Origin: an uncultured Sutterella sp.
Lineage (GTDB): Bacteria > Pseudomonadota > Gammaproteobacteria > Burkholderiales > Burkholderiaceae_F
DNA: 64,000 nucleotides
Assembly (NCBI GenBank): GCA_900315045.1
Contig: OMXR01000004.1
Location: 26,136-90,135 of the forward strand
Direction of reading: 5' to 3'
Shown: one piece after another, positions 59,404 through 64,000 of the stretch
Position numbering within the stretch: position 1 is the first letter of the stretch
Layout: the number at the start of each line of letters is the position of its first letter
The notes under the pieces: model-generated
The model's input: the letters and a program-made list of their open reading frames with translations, nothing else
What the model was told of the DNA's origin: nothing
Databases searched by the model: none
Program-made: the position numbers and the translations under genes

Positions 59404-60627
59404 CTAAACGCTTCCGCCTCGCATCAGGATGCGATTTTCCCTGTCCACCCTTAAAAGAAGGGCAACAGCGGTAATTGTAGCGAGGAGTGAAGAGCCGCCG
59501 TAGCTCACAAACGGCAAAGTCAGTCCCTTGGTCGGGAAAAGCCCCGTCGCCACGCCGCCGTTGATGATGACCTGCACGCCCACCCAGATGCCGATGCCCT
59601 CGGCGACTAGACCGCTGTAGATCTGGTCGAGCTTGATCGCCTGCCGCCCGATCGCAAAGGCCTTGCGGATGAAGGTATAGAAAAGGATCAGCACCACGCA
59701 CACGCCGACGAACCCCAGTTCCTCGCCGATCACGGCGAGGATGAAGTCGGTGTGCGCCTCGGGCAGGTAGTGGAGCTTTTCGACCGAAGCGCCCAGCCCA
59801 ACACCCGACCATTCGCCGCGGCCGAACGCAATCAGGGAATGGCTGAGCTGATAAGCCTTTCCGAGCGCGTTTTCAGCGTCCCACGGATTCAGATACGCCA
59901 TGACGCGGCCCACGCGCCAGGGCGTGAGGATGACCGCGAGAACGCCGAAGATCACCACGGCGATGATCACGAAAATGAAGATCCAGAGGTTCAGGCCGCC
60001 CAGGAACAGCACACCCATGGTGATGCAGATCGTCACCATGGTGGCCCCGAGGTCCGGCTGCATGCTGATCAGCGCCGCACCGAATCCCAGGCACAGCGCC
60101 ATCGGCGCAAAGCCCTTTCTGAGCGAGTGCATGTAGTCCTGGCGCGAAACCGTGAACCAGGAGGCCCCGAGCAGGGCGGCGAACTTGGCCACCTCCGAAA
60201 CCTGCAGATTCATGAATCCGAGGCCGATCCAGCGCCTCGCACCGTTCACGGAGCGGCCGATGCCCGGAATGAGCACGGCGATGAGAAGCAAAATCGCGAT
60301 GATGATGATCGCGGGAGACAGGCGCCGCCACACACGCATGGGAATGAAGAGCGCTAGGCCCCCCACTCCGAGGGCAATGCCCATCGAAATCAGGTGGCGG
60401 ATGAGAAAATGCGTGTACGTCGTGTGGTATTTGGTGCTGTCTGCAAGCGAGATCGATGCCGAATAGACCATCAGGGAACCGAGGCACAAAAGGGCGGCCA
60501 CCACCAGAACCAGCGTGAGGTCATATCCTTCCGGGCTCACGTTCGAGCGGGGCAGCCCCTCAAGGGTGTACCCCGTGTCAAACAGTTCAAGCCCGCGGCT
60601 TCTTCTCTTGTTCCCAAACCAGCCCAC
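59404..60627 (-). CDS. ftsW: Peptidoglycan glycosyltransferase FtsW (SEDS family)
   Basis: Ten-TM SEDS pattern (...QPDLG..., ...PEAHTDFI..., ...PTKGLTLPFVSYGGSS). It sits between murD and murG. Confidence 0.93.
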   Translation of the reverse strand: MGWFGNKRRSRGLELFDTGYTLEGLPRSNVSPEGYDLTLVLVVAALLCLGSLMVYSASISLADSTKYHTTYTHFLIRHLISMGIALGVGGLALFIPMRVWRRLSPAIIIIAILLLIAVLIPGIGRSVNGARRWIGLGFMNLQVSEVAKFAALLGASWFTVSRQDYMHSLRKGFAPMALCLGFGAALISMQPDLGATMVTICITMGVLFLGGLNLWIFIFVIIAVVIFGVLAVILTPWRVGRVMAYLNPWDAENALGKAYQLSHSLIAFGRGEWSGVGLGASVEKLHYLPEAHTDFILAVIGEELGFVGVCVVLILFYTFIRKAFAIGRQAIKLDQIYSGLVAEGIGIWVGVQVIINGGVATGLFPTKGLTLPFVSYGGSSLLATITAVALLLRVDRENRILMRGGSV

Positions 60628-60630
60628 GGT

Positions 60631-62109
60631 TTAAAGCTCCTGTTTGCCGCCTTCCTGCTGCCCGGCGAGCTGCCTGGCGCGCTCGACAAATCGCTCGGAG
60701 CGCTCAGCGTAGCTCGTGAACATGTCCCAGCTCGCGCACGCCGGGCTGAGCAGCACCGCCTGCCCGGCCTCGGCGGCCAGAAAGGCTCTGTCAACAGCCT
60801 TTTCAAAATCCGTTCCGCACTCTTCGTAGGGAATGCCCTGCGCTGCCAGAACCGAGGCGATGCGGGGCGCATCCCGGCCGATCAGCACGACGTGGCTTGC
60901 GTACAGCTTGAGCGCCTCGGCGATCGGTCCGAAATCCTGTCCCTTGGCGTCTCCTCCAAGAATGATCGAGCTCTTCACGCCGGCGCGTCCGAGACCGGCA
61001 AGCGCCGCCACCGTCGCGCCAACGTTGGTCCCCTTGGAATCATCGATGAATTCGATGCCGTTCACCGTGAGCACGCTTTGCACGCGGTGGGCTTCGCCGC
61101 GATAATCGGTCAGCACCTTGAGCCCTGCGGCAAGAGAGCCCCCCGCGGCAACCGTGAGGGCCAGAGCCGCCAGGGCATTCATGGCATTGTGCCGCCCGCG
61201 AATCTTCAGGGCTTGTTCGGGCATCAGCAGTTCCATCCCGGGATCGGGTTCGCGCAGGAACCGGTTCTTGCTCTCGGCGCCAGAGGTCCGGGCGATCCTG
61301 GCAAGCCACATGAGGCCGTCGCGCTCAGAGAGGCCCCACTCGCCAGGCGAGCGGGGCTCGCCCTCGCCGAACGTCTCGGTCAGGTTCTCCCCTGCCGCCT
61401 GCATGGTGAAGCGGTCCTCCCGATTCAGGACACGGATGGTCTTTTCCGAAAAAATGCGCATCTTGGCCTGGGCATAGCGCTCTAGCGACCCATGCCAGTC
61501 GATGTGATCCTGAGTGAGATTCAGGAAGGCCGCGCAGTCGCACACAAGCGACGATGTCGTTTCCAGCTGAAAGCTCGACAGTTCCAGCACCCAGCACTCG
61601 GGCAGCTTCTTCTCGTCCTCGCATTTGAGGAGCTCGGTGATGGCATTCGGTCCGATATTTCCGGCCACATGGGTGGAAACACCGCTCCCCGCCATCATCA
61701 GTCCCACAAGCGTCGTGGTGGTCGTCTTGCCGTTGGTGCCGGTGATGCCGATCACACGCGGTTCGTAGCCCGTCTCGGCGCGAAGCCGCGCAAGCTCCCG
61801 GGCAAAGAGTTCGATCTCGCCCACGACGGGCGTGCCCCGGGCTCTTGCCCGGGCAACGAGCGGCGCGGCGTCCGAGTGTTCGGGCGAGAGCCCGGGGCTT
61901 ATCACGACCAGCTCCACGCCGTCAAGCAGCTCGGGCGGCATCGCGCCCCCCGTGAACCTTGCCTCGGGCGCAATCTGGCGCAAACGCGCAAGCCCTCCCG
62001 GTGCATTGCGCGTATCAGCCACGACAAGGCTCCAGCCCCGTCTCGTCAAGTATTCGGCTGCTGCGAGCCCTGAGGCTCCGCAGCCTAAAATCAAAGCAGT
62101 CTTTTCCAT
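60631..62109 (-). CDS. murD: UDP-N-acetylmuramoylalanine--D-glutamate ligase
   Basis: LILGCGASGLAAA...ITGTNGKTTTT... Mur ligase motifs. Its start overlaps the mraY stop (TGATG). Confidence 0.95.
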   Translation of the reverse strand: MEKTALILGCGASGLAAAEYLTRRGWSLVVADTRNAPGGLARLRQIAPEARFTGGAMPPELLDGVELVVISPGLSPEHSDAAPLVARARARGTPVVGEIELFARELARLRAETGYEPRVIGITGTNGKTTTTTLVGLMMAGSGVSTHVAGNIGPNAITELLKCEDEKKLPECWVLELSSFQLETTSSLVCDCAAFLNLTQDHIDWHGSLERYAQAKMRIFSEKTIRVLNREDRFTMQAAGENLTETFGEGEPRSPGEWGLSERDGLMWLARIARTSGAESKNRFLREPDPGMELLMPEQALKIRGRHNAMNALAALALTVAAGGSLAAGLKVLTDYRGEAHRVQSVLTVNGIEFIDDSKGTNVGATVAALAGLGRAGVKSSIILGGDAKGQDFGPIAEALKLYASHVVLIGRDAPRIASVLAAQGIPYEECGTDFEKAVDRAFLAAEAGQAVLLSPACASWDMFTSYAERSERFVERARQLAGQQEGGKQEL

Positions 62110-63263
62110 CAGCGAATCTTCAAAGTCGACAGTCCTACGAGCACCAGAATGAAGGTGATGATCCAGAAGCGCACGACAACCTGGGTTTCCTTCCAGCCCT
62201 TCAGCTCAAAATGGTGATGAATCGGAGCCATGAGGAAAACCCTGCGTCCGTGCGTCATTTTGAAGTACGTGGTCTGAATGATGACCGAAAGGGTTTCCAC
62301 GACAAAGATTCCGCCCATGATCGCAAGGACGATTTCCTGACGCGTGATGACGGCCACCGTACCCAGGCAGCCGCCGAGCGCCAGCGCTCCGACGTCGCCC
62401 ATGAAGACCTGCGCCGGGAACGTGTTGAACCAGAGGAACGCAAGCCCTGCTCCGGCAAGCGCCGCGCAGACCACGACGAGCTCGCCCGCGCCCGGAATGT
62501 ACGGGATGTACAGGTAGCTCGAGAAGTCGGCACGGCCCTCGACGTAGGCGAAAATGCCCAGGGCAGCGCCCACCATGGCGCTCGGCATGATCGCCAGCCC
62601 GTCCAGCCCGTCCGTGAGGTTCACGGCATTCGACGTCCCCACGATCACGATGTACGTGAGCACGATGAAGCCCCAGATTCCGAGCGGATAGGCGATCGTC
62701 TTGAAGAACGGCACGATGAAGTCGAGCTTTGCCGGCGCGGGCAGCGTAAAGCCGTTCGTCACCCAGTGCGTGAAGGAGCTGAACACGTTGCTGTCGGCGG
62801 GAAGCGCCACGGCAAAGGCAAGATAGACGGCGGCAATGCCTCCGATCAGGCTCTGCCAGCCGAACTTCTCCCGCGCGCTCATGCCCTCGGGATCATGCCG
62901 GGCGACCTTGCGGTAGTCGTCGGTCCAGCCCACGAGCCCGTAGCCGATCGTCACGAAGAGCACCACCCAGACGAAGCGGTTTCTGAGGTCGGCCCAGAGC
63001 AGCGTTGCCAGTCCGATCGCCACCAGAATCAGTACGCCGCCCATCGTCGGCGTCCCCTGCTTGGCAAGGTGCGACTTCGGCCCGTACCCGCGCACCTCCT
63101 GCCCGAGCTTCAGGGCGCGCAGCTCCCGGATCACCCACGGTGCAAAGGCGAACCCGATGATCATCGACGTGAGCGCCGCGAGCAGCGCTCGCAAGCTCAG
63201 GTAGTTGAACACCGAAAAGTTCGGGTAGTACTCGGAAAGCCATTGGAATAGATGCAGCAACAT
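62109..63263 (-). CDS. mraY: Phospho-N-acetylmuramoyl-pentapeptide transferase
   Basis: ...KQGTPTMGG..., ...[13 protein letters not shown]..., ...[11 protein letters not shown]..., ...APIHHHFE... Confidence 0.96.
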   Translation of the reverse strand: MLLHLFQWLSEYYPNFSVFNYLSLRALLAALTSMIIGFAFAPWVIRELRALKLGQEVRGYGPKSHLAKQGTPTMGGVLILVAIGLATLLWADLRNRFVWVVLFVTIGYGLVGWTDDYRKVARHDPEGMSAREKFGWQSLIGGIAAVYLAFAVALPADSNVFSSFTHWVTNGFTLPAPAKLDFIVPFFKTIAYPLGIWGFIVLTYIVIVGTSNAVNLTDGLDGLAIMPSAMVGAALGIFAYVEGRADFSSYLYIPYIPGAGELVVVCAALAGAGLAFLWFNTFPAQVFMGDVGALALGGCLGTVAVITRQEIVLAIMGGIFVVETLSVIIQTTYFKMTHGRRVFLMAPIHHHFELKGWKETQVVVRFWIITFILVLVGLSTLKIR

Positions 63264-63289
63264 AATCAGACAACCTACTGAAATTCAGC

Positions 63290-64000
63290 TCAAGCGCCTT
63301 GCAAAAGCGCATCGACAATCTTTGCAAAGCCCATGCAGTTGGACGCCTTGAGCAGCATGGAGACGGGCCTTTTCGCCGCATCAATCGCGGCCTCCTGCAA
63401 GGCCTGCGTCGTCTCGAAATGCCGCGCGGCGGGACCGAATGCGGCGGCCGCGGCCTTCATCTGCTCGCCGGCACACCAGAATTCTTCAATTCCCTTTTCC
63501 CGGGCAAAGGCGCCGATCTCGGCATGCGCGGCCTCGGAAGCGTCGCCCACTTCGGCCATGTCGCCCGCAATCAGGATGCGCGGCCCCTGCATCGCGCCCA
63601 GCACCTCGATTGCCGCGCGCATGCTGTCGGGATTTGCGTTATAGGCCTCATCGACCACCACGGCTCCGCTTGAGAGCCTGTGATGCACGCCCCGGCCCTT
63701 GACCGGGCGAAACTGCGCAAGGCCCCGGACAACCGCATCAAGCGGCACTCCAGCAGCGAGCGAGGCCGCCGCGGCGGCGGCCGCGTCATGCGCCACGTGC
63801 TCGCCGGGGAGCGAGAACTCAATCTGCGCGGTTCTGCCATCGGCAAGGCTCAGCGTGAGGCCGCCTGCGCTTCTCCTGACCGTGACTTCGCTTTCTCCGC
63901 CGTGCGCATACCAGAGCGTTCTGCACCCGCGCGCCCGGGCAAGGTCGGCCCATATCTGCGCGCAGCCATCCGTCTGCGGCAGCACGGCTACTCCGTTATC
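63290..64000 (-). CDS. murF: UDP-N-acetylmuramoyl-tripeptide--D-alanyl-D-alanine ligase, 3' part (gene continues beyond the right edge)
   Basis: C-terminal Mur ligase domain (...DEAYNANPDSM...ILIAGDM.E.G...). It lies upstream of mraY, and the reading frame is open to the window edge. Confidence 0.88.
   Translation of the reverse strand, partial: DNGVAVLPQTDGCAQIWADLARARGCRTLWYAHGGESEVTVRRSAGGLTLSLADGRTAQIEFSLPGEHVAHDAAAAAAASLAAGVPLDAVVRGLAQFRPVKGRGVHHRLSSGAVVVDEAYNANPDSMRAAIEVLGAMQGPRILIAGDMAEVGDASEAAHAEIGAFAREKGIEEFWCAGEQMKAAAAAFGPAARHFETTQALQEAAIDAAKRPVSMLLKASNCMGFAKIVDALLQGA

Overview
This is a 64-kb, roughly 60% GC chromosomal segment. The gene content looks beta-proteobacterial (Burkholderiales-like, possibly a gut Sutterellaceae-type organism; that guess is low confidence). 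I support about 60 protein genes, 5 tRNAs, several intrinsic terminators and 2 promoters. I see no rRNA, no CRISPR array and no intact mobile element.

Gene order, left to right:
- RND efflux pair, tcdA, an amidohydrolase and a USP
- a small acidic protein plus a minimal kinase-fold protein
- rpmB-rpmG, ispH, ybaK
- a translationally coupled lolC/E-lolD-tatD-sensor kinase array, followed 12 nt later by its response regulator
- a DUF748 (AsmA-like) envelope protein, a YidE-like transporter, tRNA-Ala
- a double-ACT protein plus UPF0210, a tandem USP, a DAACS symporter, dapL, greA
- carA-gmhA-carB, tal, an atypical LuxR regulator, ispB, tRNA-Pro
- an HMA protein, coaE-zapD-yacG, a degenerate Nudix gene, a DUF815 ATPase, secA, a DUF721-like gene
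- lpxC and ftsZ, then a 9.4-kb mosaic block, then ftsA-ftsQ-ddl-murC-murG-ftsW-murD-mraY-murF

The most unusual feature is that the otherwise canonical dcw cluster is broken exactly between ftsA and ftsZ. The intervening block holds ung, a tRNA-Pro/Arg/His operon, decayed island debris (an integrase stub fused to a toxin stub, an orphan RelB-type antitoxin, dense short repeats), a lower-GC HD-GYP sensor, an OYE reductase, a DUF4143 AAA ATPase and a speC-like ornithine decarboxylase inactivated by an internal out-of-frame deletion.

Smaller oddities:
- a LuxR regulator whose receiver domain lacks the phospho-acceptor Asp
- a Nudix gene with no room for its N-terminus
- gmhA wedged between carA and carB
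- dapL in a Burkholderiales-like context
- an Ala/Lys-rich tail on FtsQ

I did not find a convincing self-contained novel multi-gene system such as a defence, secretion or biosynthetic cluster. Candidates of unknown function are flagged with modest scores.

All family calls come from reading the translations against remembered family motifs. No searches were run, and start codons were chosen by eye.
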